Of a stretch of 63,864 nt of DNA, positions 39,001 to 48,772 are shown in pieces (position 1 is the stretch's first letter; each line of letters begins with the position of its first letter). A program made the translations under genes and the position numbers. Source of the stretch: Bacteroidota bacterium (GTDB lineage Bacteria > Bacteroidota > Ignavibacteria > UBA10030); assembly GCA_035286705.1 (NCBI GenBank), contig DATECW010000030.1, positions 1-63,864 on the forward strand, written 5' to 3'. The notes below the pieces were generated by a model that worked only from the letters and a program-made list of their open reading frames with translations, searched no databases and was not told the origin of the DNA.

Positions 39001-39939
39001 AGAACCATTTTGATTCCGTGTTGCTTTTAGATATACGATGTCAGCTGTCCCTGATTGTTTGTTGGCCCAGGCAACGTAGAGGTCTGCTGTGATGGGATCA
39101 ACAGCTAGGCGAGGAAAACAATCTGCTCTTGTTCCAGTTTTCACAAAGTAACTCGAGCCGGATCCATAAGAGCCAATCTGCGAGACATCGACGGATTTCT
39201 CAAACTCAAAAGTCGAACCGCCGTCCGCCAGCCCATAAATATGGATCTTGCGGACTGGTAGCTTGTCGGGATCCATCTCTGCCCATGCAAGGTAGAGTTT
39301 TTCGTACCTGTCCACAATAACATATGTACCATGTTCATGTTCAGTCAGCGATGGGGACGCCAGGGAAGAAAAACTTGAGCCGCTGTCAGAGGACTTGACA
39401 ACCTCAATTACGCTCTCTCCTGTTGAAGAATAGAATTTTGAATAGGAGACAAAAACATCAAACACTTGATTGATATTTCTTACAGGACTGATTGCCAGCC
39501 AAGGCTTGTCAATATTGTATTCGCTGGACAGTTCCTTGACGATCTGCCTCAATGACCAGGAGGCACCGCCGTCGGTTGATTTCTTGATGTAGACGGAGCG
39601 ATCATCAAAGATTTGATAAACCAAATAGGCAACGCCGTCAGGGTCAAAGGCAACAATTGGATCTGCGCCGCCAAAAGTCTGACTCAAGGTATCGGTACCA
39701 CCCCAGGTGATTCCGCCGTCGGTCGAGTAGTAGCATCCGATCGCTTTTGTTTGTGATCCCTCATCGGTAATTGCTGTTCCAATGAGATTCTTCGAGTTGG
39801 TGGGATTGACCCAAATGTGTGTCTCCATTTGGTCTCTCGTGCTCGGGTAAATTAGTGTCTGCGCGTAAAGGTGCGAATTCACCAGAATCAGAAGCCCCAA
39901 GAATAGAACAGGCTTTGATGTGCCGTGTGGATTTTTCAT
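36064..39939 (-). CDS. 1291-aa secreted protein: N-terminal BNR/sialidase-like propeller, central beta-helix region, helical (TPR-like) region, T9SS C-terminal sorting domain
   Basis: ORF trimmed to the ATG at 39939, after AGGAGAGG. Signal ...LILVNSHLYAQ. BNR-like STDGGITWG, STDGGASWS and SSDSGSSFS. Beta-helix run (...NNFYHGVVASGNG...). C-terminal SNFPNPFNPSTTISF...GVYFYKL. Confidence 0.85.
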   Translation of the reverse strand: MKNPHGTSKPVLFLGLLILVNSHLYAQTLIYPSTRDQMETHIWVNPTNSKNLIGTAITDEGSQTKAIGCYYSTDGGITWGGTDTLSQTFGGADPIVAFDPDGVAYLVYQIFDDRSVYIKKSTDGGASWSLRQIVKELSSEYNIDKPWLAISPVRNINQVFDVFVSYSKFYSSTGESVIEVVKSSDSGSSFSSLASPSLTEHEHGTYVIVDRYEKLYLAWAEMDPDKLPVRKIHIYGLADGGSTFEFEKSVDVSQIGSYGSGSSYFVKTGTRADCFPRLAVDPITADLYVAWANKQSGTADIVYLKATRNQNGSLTWGSNVTVDGSSGDQWMPAISIDVGGVISVLYYSTSGPDQSIPIYSKFRYSTNGFASFTETIVGESGGFTTLGTEGFVGDYHGLFSRLGKAYALWMENTTGNVRKTFFRELTTATLIPQNYQLVTMDQKDVSSTSFGKLGRWNQGAFSDYSAGESVLMESNTTEVIRALQAFKSGSTEKHNTWNTDSDVKNHRDFSIQPGVTQIRSQFNSASNATIQTSLTGGSVEFRDPWYIDLNESPYGMRNRGHQDAAWYSQASFDLSTGQSHQGVFLNQSGPPAWTPPYYSVRALNIQQVQGQSYHAFFQGWTKSGATLQDAGPGANGYDSAAVVFTSSGASITANYSTTNITTSVTIPAGTYTMAGTVTVASGATLTLSPGTTLQFPNGSKLVVNGVLVANGLSGQRITFTKSGSSWTGLEFSGSSANGSSLTYCTISYATEPVKVTNVSSFTMDHCTVDNANFSSNGALQFYGSNPTVTFTTIQGQGGASNGVRFASSSTGLISSSTIKDLGAGNGIVIQGNSSPRIQSNSIRNNFYHGVVASGNGTGCPVVISNSIQNNGSPSAYGQIVVYNSNAPRVGSNALRGGIFTVYCENYASVTTNWTGDYEAFAGQNSVYTNLHGIRANNHSTIYFGDYNFTQGSPHYYGACNKIDSSTQLKASSVAYSYILAEGNWWGVYPVPPGQLYVDGTSYLYADYALQSQNCPEGGGGEAVAAAVPTPTMGEKTAKLETAVAAFLRGDHTISKDLYSQIIQESTEERLRVRAMVGLLELSRTANDVSIVPLVESYTSTEGELGLAASEVLMGMYAATNRFAECENVALNIAQKYPNSENEKNALLCLATLKWFDVSQKETSDKYLAELLTKHGSSIDDATLAILGISKVGLEGSVTASATTGSGQLEISNFPNPFNPSTTISFVLPEDGNVTLKVYDLLGRAVAELVNGTMKAGSHETMFDASKLPSGVYFYKLDFGGKSISKKFVLTK

Positions 39940-40089
39940 TTGCCTCTCCTTTCGAATGGGTCCGCGGTCGCATTTCTTGTGGTTTTCACGTATTATGGGC
40001 ATAGTTGAAAAATGGATGGCGAATTCCCATCGCCACATTTCTACCGTTCCATTTCTTGTTGCCATCTACCATCCCGGTGCTGGCTTTTT

Positions 40090-41358
40090 CTACTGCCGCA
40101 AGCCCACAATGGCCAGCGCCCTGTCCCCATCGAATCCTACCGCGACAATCATATTCTGCCGTATTGACATCGAGGAATATGATCCGTTTGGAAGACTAGG
40201 CAAATCTGATCCTGTGTAGTACTTCCATGTAGAGCCGTTGTAATGAGCCAGATAGCCAAAGTCGCCGGCTACGACAATATCGTTTTTACTGTCTCCCCGA
40301 ACTCTGCGTGTGTAGATGAGGGGGAGCTCCGTCACCTCCTTCCATGGGTCATCACCCATTTTGGTGTGAACGCCACCGCCTGCGGTGAATACAAGCGTTG
40401 GATCTTCAAACCAAACCGAATGCACTCTGCGACCCGTGCCCCAGGGTATGGAATCAACTCCGGTCTCACCAACACGAAGAATCATATGTTCTCCGAATTG
40501 AGCAACATATGACACCGCAGCCAATACCCAATCGGTTGTCCCCCACACATCCTGAACATCCACACTCGTTCCGCTCTCAACCTTTGTCCACGTGCTCCCG
40601 TTGAAATGCGCGAGCGAGCCACCGTCTCCGACGATGTATGTGTCTTGCCCGTTTCCCCAGATCTTGTTTACTCGATACGCTCCCCAGACTCCAGGAGGAA
40701 TCGGCATTTCTACGAACTGGATGCCGTTCCAATGAATCACGCCATTACCCCCGAACCAGATATCATCTGCTCCCTTGTCAAACACCGCCTGGATGGGATG
40801 AACGAACTGTTGGCCCTGATAATTGTATGGCAGCCTCTGAAGAGTCCATTTTGTGCCGTTCCATATGGCAAGGTTGTATCGGAGCGGATCAATCTGCCCT
40901 GTTGAATCTTTCAAATAGATCTCTCCTACAGCGTAAATCAGCGTATCGTTGACGATTGCAACGTCATTTAACACACTGCTTGCCCCATCCCCCAAGGTGT
41001 CAATCGTCCACATAAAGTTATGACTCGTCGTATCGGGACCGTGGTTTGTCGTATCAGCAACGATTCTGTCAGGTGGGACGCCGACGTCTTTGCAGGAGGG
41101 GAGGAAGAGGAGGGAGAAGAAAAGGATGATGGATGGTGGAAGATGGAAAATGGAAAAAGAATGCGGGTGAGAGAGAGATCGAGAGCGAGATTGAGATCGA
41201 GGTTGAGAGCGCGGCAAACCCTTGCTTCGCAAAAACAGGAATGGGAGGAATCTCTTGGGTTTCACGGTAACCCCCACGGATACAGGCACACCTTGACTGT
41301 AATTGGAGCTACAAGAAATGTGCCTCTTTCCGGCGGGAGAAAACCGTTTTTTTTTCAT
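40090..41358 (-). CDS. beta-propeller lipoprotein (BNR/Ycf48-like repeats); start codon uncertain
   Basis: Lipobox LFLPSCKD at codon ~88. Repeated ...W.GG.G.(I/L)(A/I)H(W/F/Y)NG..W... blades. The only ATG is at 41358, and aa ~40-75 are encoded by phased low-complexity DNA. Confidence 0.6.
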   Translation of the reverse strand: MKKKRFSPAGKRHISCSSNYSQGVPVSVGVTVKPKRFLPFLFLRSKGLPRSQPRSQSRSRSLSHPHSFSIFHLPPSIILFFSLLFLPSCKDVGVPPDRIVADTTNHGPDTTSHNFMWTIDTLGDGASSVLNDVAIVNDTLIYAVGEIYLKDSTGQIDPLRYNLAIWNGTKWTLQRLPYNYQGQQFVHPIQAVFDKGADDIWFGGNGVIHWNGIQFVEMPIPPGVWGAYRVNKIWGNGQDTYIVGDGGSLAHFNGSTWTKVESGTSVDVQDVWGTTDWVLAAVSYVAQFGEHMILRVGETGVDSIPWGTGRRVHSVWFEDPTLVFTAGGGVHTKMGDDPWKEVTELPLIYTRRVRGDSKNDIVVAGDFGYLAHYNGSTWKYYTGSDLPSLPNGSYSSMSIRQNMIVAVGFDGDRALAIVGLRQ

Positions 41359-41564
41359 TTCTTACACCTTCCAAAACTGGGAGTTATTACAATTGACAAG
41401 AACAACCGTTTCTCATCCGGGGAAAAACTCCCGGGACAAATGTACTTGCGGCATGCGTGAAACTCACCGGAGACGTGTGACGGCAGCGTCGCCATAACAT
41501 TCAAAGAGCCAGATAGTCTCCAATCCGGCTCTTTGTTTTCTTTCTTATCGCATTTCTTCTGCTC

Positions 41565-42446
41565 TCAGAGACTCTTCTTCAAGAATGCCACCGTCCGCGG
41601 CCATGCCTTTTGCGTCGCGCGCATATTTGCTCCCTCCCTGCCTGTTTGTTGTCTCAAGAATCCGTGCCCCGCGCCTTCATAGATTTCCACGTCATAGGTC
41701 TTCCCCAACTTCTTCATTTCCTTCGAAGCAGGCTCAATAGTAGTGTTCACCCGCGCGTCATCAGCGCCGTAAAGCCCGAGCACCGATGCCGTGATTGCGG
41801 AGAGACCTGACGCCTCGGGTGAGGAACCATAATAGACGACTGCAGCATTGAGTCCCGGCTGTGAGACGGCATAAGCATAGCTGTTCGATCCGCCCCAGCA
41901 GAATCCCATCGTCGCCACCTTTCCGTTTGCAGACGGGATTTTTTTTGCATAGCCAAATACCCCGTTCAGACGCTTCGTCGTCTCTTCCGGAGAGAGGCCT
42001 CTGATAAGCTTCACAATGTCGTCCCGGCTTCGAACCGAATCCGTGCCTCCTCCTCCGGGGCCCATTCCTGAAATCAGGTCCGGGGCGACTGCAATGAAAC
42101 CGTCGGCTGCAAGCTGATCCGCGACCGCTCTGATCCAGTCGGAAAGCCCATAGATCTCATGGATCACAATAACGACTCCCGCCTTCTCTTTGCGCTCGGG
42201 ATAGACAATCCAGGTGTTGATCTTGTCCTTCGTGCCGGGGATTTCGATCGATGCAAATTCACCATGGCGGGGGGATGCTTCGAGTGCAGCTTTGGCATTT
42301 GATTCGCCGGCGGGAAGCTTCGGATCTTTCAATGTCTGCTCCTGCTGTGCGGCTGCACCGGCACCATGATGTGCATGCTCCTGCCCGAGAGCCGGAAGCA
42401 CAGCTGCAAAAAAAGCAATTCCTGTCATCCAACGGTGAAGTTTCAT
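41565..42446 (-). CDS. dienelactone hydrolase-family protein, secreted
   Basis: ORF trimmed to the ATG at 42446, after GGAGGAAAT. Signal peptide. VIVIHEIYGLSDW, GFCWGG nucleophile and GAGHGF. Confidence 0.85.
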   Translation of the reverse strand: MKLHRWMTGIAFFAAVLPALGQEHAHHGAGAAAQQEQTLKDPKLPAGESNAKAALEASPRHGEFASIEIPGTKDKINTWIVYPERKEKAGVVIVIHEIYGLSDWIRAVADQLAADGFIAVAPDLISGMGPGGGGTDSVRSRDDIVKLIRGLSPEETTKRLNGVFGYAKKIPSANGKVATMGFCWGGSNSYAYAVSQPGLNAAVVYYGSSPEASGLSAITASVLGLYGADDARVNTTIEPASKEMKKLGKTYDVEIYEGAGHGFLRQQTGREGANMRATQKAWPRTVAFLKKSL

Positions 42447-42617
42447 CTGGATTTCCTCCTTCGATTGGCGTGAGAATGAAAAGCTAGGCAAATAGTAATC
42501 TACAATCAATTCCGACCTTTGACAAAAGCGTTGACCACAGAGGTCGTAGAGAATGGTCTCCTGTCATTCGTCCCATGTCAGTTGACTCAGGGGAAAAAAA
42601 TCATTATCAATGTGCTG

Positions 42618-43484
42618 ATGACAGTCCCGGATCCGAAACAACTTCCCCATTTGCTCAAGCTTCTCGACGACGACTCTCCTGTGGTTCAGGAAACGATCGT
42701 AAAGGAGCTTCTGGCTTTTGGACCATCGCTTCAGCGTGAGCTGGCCCGTTTGAAGATCACCCTCAGCAAGGATCAGCAACAGCTTATTACCCGCCTGCTG
42801 GACGAGCATAACCAGAAGTGGTTGCGCGACCTGTGGCCGACCCTTCGCGACATCGAAGACGACAAGGAAATGCTTGAATCCGCCCTCGGCTGGATCGCCG
42901 AATTCCAGCATGGACGCGCCTATCCGGGCAAGCTGACGGAACTGCTGGACAAGCTCAGTGAGGAATTCGAATCGGCCAACCGAAAACAAGATGCGTTGAC
43001 ACTTGCGCATTTCTTGTTTACAAAGAAACAGCTCCGGGGGACGGAAGCGGATTACTACAATCCTCTCAACAGCAACCTTGTCTACGTTATCGAGCAAAAG
43101 AGGGGAATTCCCATCAGTCTCGCGGCAATCTACATTTTGGTAGCGGCACGACTCGGTTTCGACGTCGAAGGTATCAACCTCCCGGGCCATTTTCTAGCGC
43201 GGGCGTCTGTCGGAAAACAGAACTACATCGTGGATTGCTTCAAGGGAGGACGCTGTCTGGATGTGAATGATCTCATCACTTTGAACAACGGGGCCCTTCT
43301 CCCGCTTTCGGACCTGCTGCAGCTCGAGTGTGACGCCACGGCCATCGTGGCCCGAACCTTGAGAAATCTTGTTCATGCGTATGAACAAGAGCAGAGCACG
43401 AGCAACGCGTCGTTCATGAAGGAACTGCTTGTCATCGTAGAAGAGGAAGGGCCTGATCCGGAAGGAAACGAGGAAGAGGAATAA
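42618..43484 (+). CDS. transglutaminase-like (SirB1/Transglut_core2-type) protein with an N-terminal HEAT-like segment
   Basis: ATG at 42618. ...VIEQKRGIPISLAAIYILVAARLGFDVEGINLPGHFLAR... core. Acidic C-terminal tail. Confidence 0.65.
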   Translation: MTVPDPKQLPHLLKLLDDDSPVVQETIVKELLAFGPSLQRELARLKITLSKDQQQLITRLLDEHNQKWLRDLWPTLRDIEDDKEMLESALGWIAEFQHGRAYPGKLTELLDKLSEEFESANRKQDALTLAHFLFTKKQLRGTEADYYNPLNSNLVYVIEQKRGIPISLAAIYILVAARLGFDVEGINLPGHFLARASVGKQNYIVDCFKGGRCLDVNDLITLNNGALLPLSDLLQLECDATAIVARTLRNLVHAYEQEQSTSNASFMKELLVIVEEEGPDPEGNEEEE

Positions 43485-43597
43485 CAGAAAGTTCGGAGTT
43501 CGTGGTTGGTGGTTCCCCCCTGCTACCTTTTATCAGTCCTTCATTTCCCCATCCCGAGAGACTTTTTCGTTCTTCCCTCTCTCCCTTCTCCCGCTCG

Positions 43598-44158
43598 CTA
43601 CTGCTTCTGGATCGATTCGATCATCGCATAGAATTCCTTCTCGTTCCGTTCGATGACCGATGCCGGTGCGGTGAACTTGAAGAAGACGTCTCCCTCGGGT
43701 GCATTCACAATCGCGCCCAACAGTTTATATGCGGGTTTCTTGCCCTGCGATTCCATGAGAGCGCCGCCGGGTGCAAGATAGGTACCACTGATTCGCGCAT
43801 ACACGACTTCGATCCCGTTGATGGTTGAAGTCGTTTTCTGAGCCTCGCTCGCACCTTCGAATTGAGACCCCCAGCGTTGGATGTTCGCATCGACATCGCC
43901 CCCCTGGTCTTTCCCGAAATAGAATACACTGCACTCCCCGGGTTCAACATCTTCGAGGCCTGACGATATGACGTAGGTCATCACTCGCATAGGCATTTCA
44001 TGCGCCTTGTCCCACTTCATCGGATAGGACCAGGAAATGCCGGCAATCGATTTTTCTTCTTTGGTCAGCTCGGACGATGCCGGGGGGGACGACTGTTTCT
44101 CGGTGCAGCCAAGAACCATGATTGAGGCAACAAGACTCAAAGCAGCGATGACCTTCAT
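43598..44158 (-). CDS. lipoprotein, unknown function
   Basis: ORF trimmed to the ATG at 44158, after AAGGAGAA. Lipobox IMVLGCTEK. Confidence 0.6.
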   Translation of the reverse strand: MKVIAALSLVASIMVLGCTEKQSSPPASSELTKEEKSIAGISWSYPMKWDKAHEMPMRVMTYVISSGLEDVEPGECSVFYFGKDQGGDVDANIQRWGSQFEGASEAQKTTSTINGIEVVYARISGTYLAPGGALMESQGKKPAYKLLGAIVNAPEGDVFFKFTAPASVIERNEKEFYAMIESIQKQ

Positions 44159-44180
44159 GAAATCATTCTCCTTGTGACAA

Positions 44181-45305
44181 TTATGACTCAGGCTGGAACC
44201 GCTCCACCTCGTCGAGGACGGTTTGGACAATCTCTTCTTCCTTGACTCTCTTTACAAGTTCCCCTTTACGATACAGGATTGCGACGCCTTTGCCCGCGGC
44301 AATGCCGATGTCCGCCTCGCTGGCTTCACCGGGTCCGTTCACGACACAGCCGAGCACCGCAATTTTCACGGGTTTCTTCACGCCGGCGAGCTTCTCTTCG
44401 AGTTGAGCCATAATCCCGAACAGGTCTACTTCCAGGCGTCCGCAGGTCGGACAGGCAATCAACTCGATGTTCCGCGAGGCCATGCCGAGAGATCTCAGGA
44501 TCTCCTTCCCCACCTCCACCTCCTTCACGGGATCATCCGTCAGGGAAACGCGGATGGTATCGCCGATACCTTCTGAGAGGAGCGATCCGATTCCGACAGC
44601 CGACTTGATCGTTCCCACCTTGGTTGTCCCGGCCTCGGTCACGCCGAGATGCAACGGGATATCGGTCCTCTGAGCCACAAGGCGATAGGCCTCGATCATG
44701 AGCTTCACGTCGGTCGATTTCACAGAGATGATCACATCGTGAAAATCGAATTCACGACAGATCTCCACATGGCGCATGGCGCTTTCAAACAGTGCTTCCG
44801 GGGTGGGATATCCGTGCTTTTCCAGAATATCCTCTTCAAGCGAACCCGAGTTGACTCCGATGCGAATCGGAATTCCCTTGTTTTTTGCCGCGGTCAGAAC
44901 CTGACGGATGCGATCCTTCGACCCGATGTTACCCGGATTGATCCTTACTTTGGCAACGCCGGCTTCGACCGCTTTGAGGGCAAAAATATGATTGAAATGA
45001 ATGTCTGCAACGATCGGCAGCGGCGATTGTTTGACAATCTCCTTCATTGCTTCGGCCGCTTCTTTGTCGTTCACGGTCACGCGCACGATATCGCAGCCCG
45101 CCTCGGCGGCCGACACAATCTGGCCAACAGTGCCCTGAATATCGTCCGTTTTTGTCTTTGTCATCGTCTGAACGGAAATCGGAGCATCCCCACCAACGGG
45201 AACGCCGCCTACGCGCACTTGCCGCGTTTTCCTCCGCACCCCGACTTTGTACGTCTGGTGAGGCCGGGAATCGGTGACTTCGAGAATAGGAAGTTGTTCG
45301 CTCAT
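44181..45305 (-). CDS. ispG: 4-hydroxy-3-methylbut-2-en-1-yl diphosphate synthase
   Basis: ...VGGDAPISVQTMTKT...RVTVND...RINPGNIG...ACPTCGR...GCVVNGPGE. Confidence 0.95.
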   Translation of the reverse strand: MSEQLPILEVTDSRPHQTYKVGVRRKTRQVRVGGVPVGGDAPISVQTMTKTKTDDIQGTVGQIVSAAEAGCDIVRVTVNDKEAAEAMKEIVKQSPLPIVADIHFNHIFALKAVEAGVAKVRINPGNIGSKDRIRQVLTAAKNKGIPIRIGVNSGSLEEDILEKHGYPTPEALFESAMRHVEICREFDFHDVIISVKSTDVKLMIEAYRLVAQRTDIPLHLGVTEAGTTKVGTIKSAVGIGSLLSEGIGDTIRVSLTDDPVKEVEVGKEILRSLGMASRNIELIACPTCGRLEVDLFGIMAQLEEKLAGVKKPVKIAVLGCVVNGPGEASEADIGIAAGKGVAILYRKGELVKRVKEEEIVQTVLDEVERFQPES

Positions 45306-45315
45306 GCCATGCTCG

Positions 45316-46236
45316 CTAATTCAGTTTCTTGCTCGCTTCAAAGAGGATCTTCTTCTCCTCTTCCGTAAGGTTCTGATACCCCGAGCGGCCGATCTTGTCC
45401 AGGATTTCATCAATTCTTTTCTGAACCTCAGCATGTTCATTCTTTTTCTCCCCTGAACGGTCGTCGGTTCTCCCCTCGTTGATGTCGAACACCTTCGCGT
45501 CGATCACATCATCATCATGTTCCGGGCGCGGAGCAAACAGCCCGTTCCACCACCATCCGACCCGTTGAAAAAATGCATGGCCCGGGACTCGTCTCATGTC
45601 AAAGAGGAGATACACATAGCCGGCGAGGGCTCCGCCGAGATGAGCGAGATTTGCCACGTCGGTCGGCTGACCCAGGGAAAACAAACCGAGCACGATCAGC
45701 ACAATGACGAAATACTTCACTTTCACCGGGATGAGGAAATAGAGGTAAATGTAACGGTCCGGAAACATCATGCCGAAAGCCACGAGGACGCCGTACACCG
45801 CACCCGATGCTCCGATCACCATCGAGGGACGATCCAGGACGGGCGCCAGAACCAATTGCGCGATTCCGGCAACGACCCCGCACATGAGATAGAAGAGAAG
45901 AAACTTCTTTGGGCCCCACAAGTGCTCAATCTCCATCCCGAACATCCAAAGCCCAAAGAACATGTTGAAAAGGAGATGCATGATTCCTGCGTGCATGAAC
46001 TGATACGTGATCAATTGCCAGGGAAGGAATCCATCACCGAACGGCAGAAGAGCAAAGTATTGATAGATGAGGGGGGCAAGCGGGTAACCGTCCAGTGTAA
46101 ACGAGCCGAAAAAATTCATCAGAACGAACACGACGGCATTCGTGATCATCAGCCATTTGATGACAAGCGGAAAGAACGAGAACCCGCCAAACATCGAGGG
46201 CCGGTAGAAATTGCGTTGATTGTAGTTATAAGACAT
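45316..46236 (-). CDS. rhomboid-family intramembrane serine protease with a C-terminal cytoplasmic extension
   Basis: Motifs FMHAGIMHLLFNM, GASGAVYGV (catalytic Ser) and AHLGGALAG (catalytic His). Confidence 0.85.
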   Translation of the reverse strand: MSYNYNQRNFYRPSMFGGFSFFPLVIKWLMITNAVVFVLMNFFGSFTLDGYPLAPLIYQYFALLPFGDGFLPWQLITYQFMHAGIMHLLFNMFFGLWMFGMEIEHLWGPKKFLLFYLMCGVVAGIAQLVLAPVLDRPSMVIGASGAVYGVLVAFGMMFPDRYIYLYFLIPVKVKYFVIVLIVLGLFSLGQPTDVANLAHLGGALAGYVYLLFDMRRVPGHAFFQRVGWWWNGLFAPRPEHDDDVIDAKVFDINEGRTDDRSGEKKNEHAEVQKRIDEILDKIGRSGYQNLTEEEKKILFEASKKLN

Positions 46237-46325
46237 TATAATTGAAGATTGTTGATTTCAAATTTCTTGATTTCAAATTGGATCGCCGATTGTCAATGCT
46301 ACAACAATCGTCCATCGAAATTCGT

Positions 46326-47525
46326 TCAGTGTTTGTCGTTCAATGCAGCCACTCCGGGAAGCACTTTGCCTTCGAGAAGCTCTAACGAGGCACCCCCACC
46401 CGTAGAGACGTGGGAAACGGACTTCTCCAGCCCCGCTTGAACAATAGCTGCCGCCGAGTCTCCTCCCCCTACAATCGTGGTAGCACCGGATTTGGTGACA
46501 TCTGCAAGAACCTTTGCGATGGCTGTCGTTCCCGCGGCAAACTTCTGCATCTCGAAAACGCCCATGGGACCGTTCCACACAACCGTTTTGGCCTTCGCGA
46601 TCTCGGCAGAAAAGTGCTTCACCGTTTCCGGTCCGATATCCATCCCCTGCCAATCGCCCGGTATCGCCCGCACATTGACGGTCCGCGTCGAAGCGGAGTC
46701 ATCGAATTTATCGGCGATGACACAATCGGACGGAAGGTGAATCTTGACATTGTGTGCCTTCGCCTGCTCCATGATCGACTTGGCGAGGTCTACCTTGTCG
46801 GCTTCGAGAAGCGATTTGCCGATTTCCAGGCCCTGCGCCTTGTAGAACGTGAACATCATACCTCCGCCGATCAGAAGCGCGTCAACCTTTGACAGAAGAC
46901 TCTGAATGACGTCGATTTTCCCCGAGATCTTTGCACCCCCGAGGATGGCGACAAACGGGTGGGCTGGATTTCCCACGGCCCGTCCCAGATAGTCGAGTTC
47001 CTTGCGCATCAGGTATCCTGCCACGCAAACCTTCAGGTGCTTTGTTACACCCTCGGTTGAGGCGTGAGCCCTGTGGGCCGTTCCAAATGCATCGTTGACA
47101 TAGACATCACCGAAAGAGGCCAGCTCCTGCGCGAACTTCGCGTCGTTGGCTTCCTCCTCCGGGTGAAACCGGAGGTTCTCAAGCAACAGACATTCACCAT
47201 CTTTCAATGCCTTCACCATGGCCGCGGTATCAGCGCCGATACAGTCAGGGGCACACTTGACCGGTTTGCCAAGAAGCTTCGACAAATGCTCCGCAACGGG
47301 CTTCAGACTGAATTCGGGTTTCGGCTTTCCTTTGGGACGTCCGAGATGACTCATGAGGATCGCCCGTCCACCATCGTTGAGAATCTTCTTGATGGTCGGC
47401 AGCGACTCGACAATCCGCGTATCGTCGGTGATGTGCTGTTTATCGTTCAGCGGGACATTGAAATCCACGCGAACGAGGACACGTTTCCCTTTCACAGAAA
47501 TATCATCAACGGTCAATTTGTTCAT
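46326..47525 (-). CDS. pgk: phosphoglycerate kinase
   Basis: VRVDFNVPL...RI...LPTI...[11 protein letters not shown]...[13 protein letters not shown]...GGGDSAAA...STGGGASLE. Confidence 0.97.
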   Translation of the reverse strand: MNKLTVDDISVKGKRVLVRVDFNVPLNDKQHITDDTRIVESLPTIKKILNDGGRAILMSHLGRPKGKPKPEFSLKPVAEHLSKLLGKPVKCAPDCIGADTAAMVKALKDGECLLLENLRFHPEEEANDAKFAQELASFGDVYVNDAFGTAHRAHASTEGVTKHLKVCVAGYLMRKELDYLGRAVGNPAHPFVAILGGAKISGKIDVIQSLLSKVDALLIGGGMMFTFYKAQGLEIGKSLLEADKVDLAKSIMEQAKAHNVKIHLPSDCVIADKFDDSASTRTVNVRAIPGDWQGMDIGPETVKHFSAEIAKAKTVVWNGPMGVFEMQKFAAGTTAIAKVLADVTKSGATTIVGGGDSAAAIVQAGLEKSVSHVSTGGGASLELLEGKVLPGVAALNDKH

Positions 47526-47540
47526 GACATACTCCTTGAG

Positions 47541-47580
47541 AAGAAAAACGGGCTGGACCCGGTCTTCAGTCTCAGCCCGT
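47541..47580 (-). terminator. hairpin plus T-run between gap and pgk (intercistronic terminator/attenuator candidate)
   Basis: On the minus strand, ACGGGCTG-17 nt-CAGCCCGT followed by TTTTTCTT. Confidence 0.55.
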
Positions 47581-47603
47581 CATCGTCGTCGCAGTTCAGA
47601 GAA

Positions 47604-48629
<1,026 letters not shown>

Positions 48630-48723
48630 TCAGAAATGAAAAAGTCGAGAAAAAGCGGAAAAAACAGAAGAAAAAGCACTACAAGGTAGAGAGAATTGGA
48701 AGGAAAGTCAAGAAAAGCAGATA

Positions 48724-48771
48724 GTGGTTGGTTGATTGGTTAACTGGTCAAATGGTTAATTGGTTCAATGG
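48724..48771. repeat. 8-bp phased direct repeats (TYAAWTGG x5 plus a partial unit) abutting the comF-like stop codon
   Basis: ttgattgg|ttaactgg|tcaaatgg|ttaattgg|ttcaatgg at 48732-48771. Confidence 0.9.
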
Positions 48772-48772
48772 T

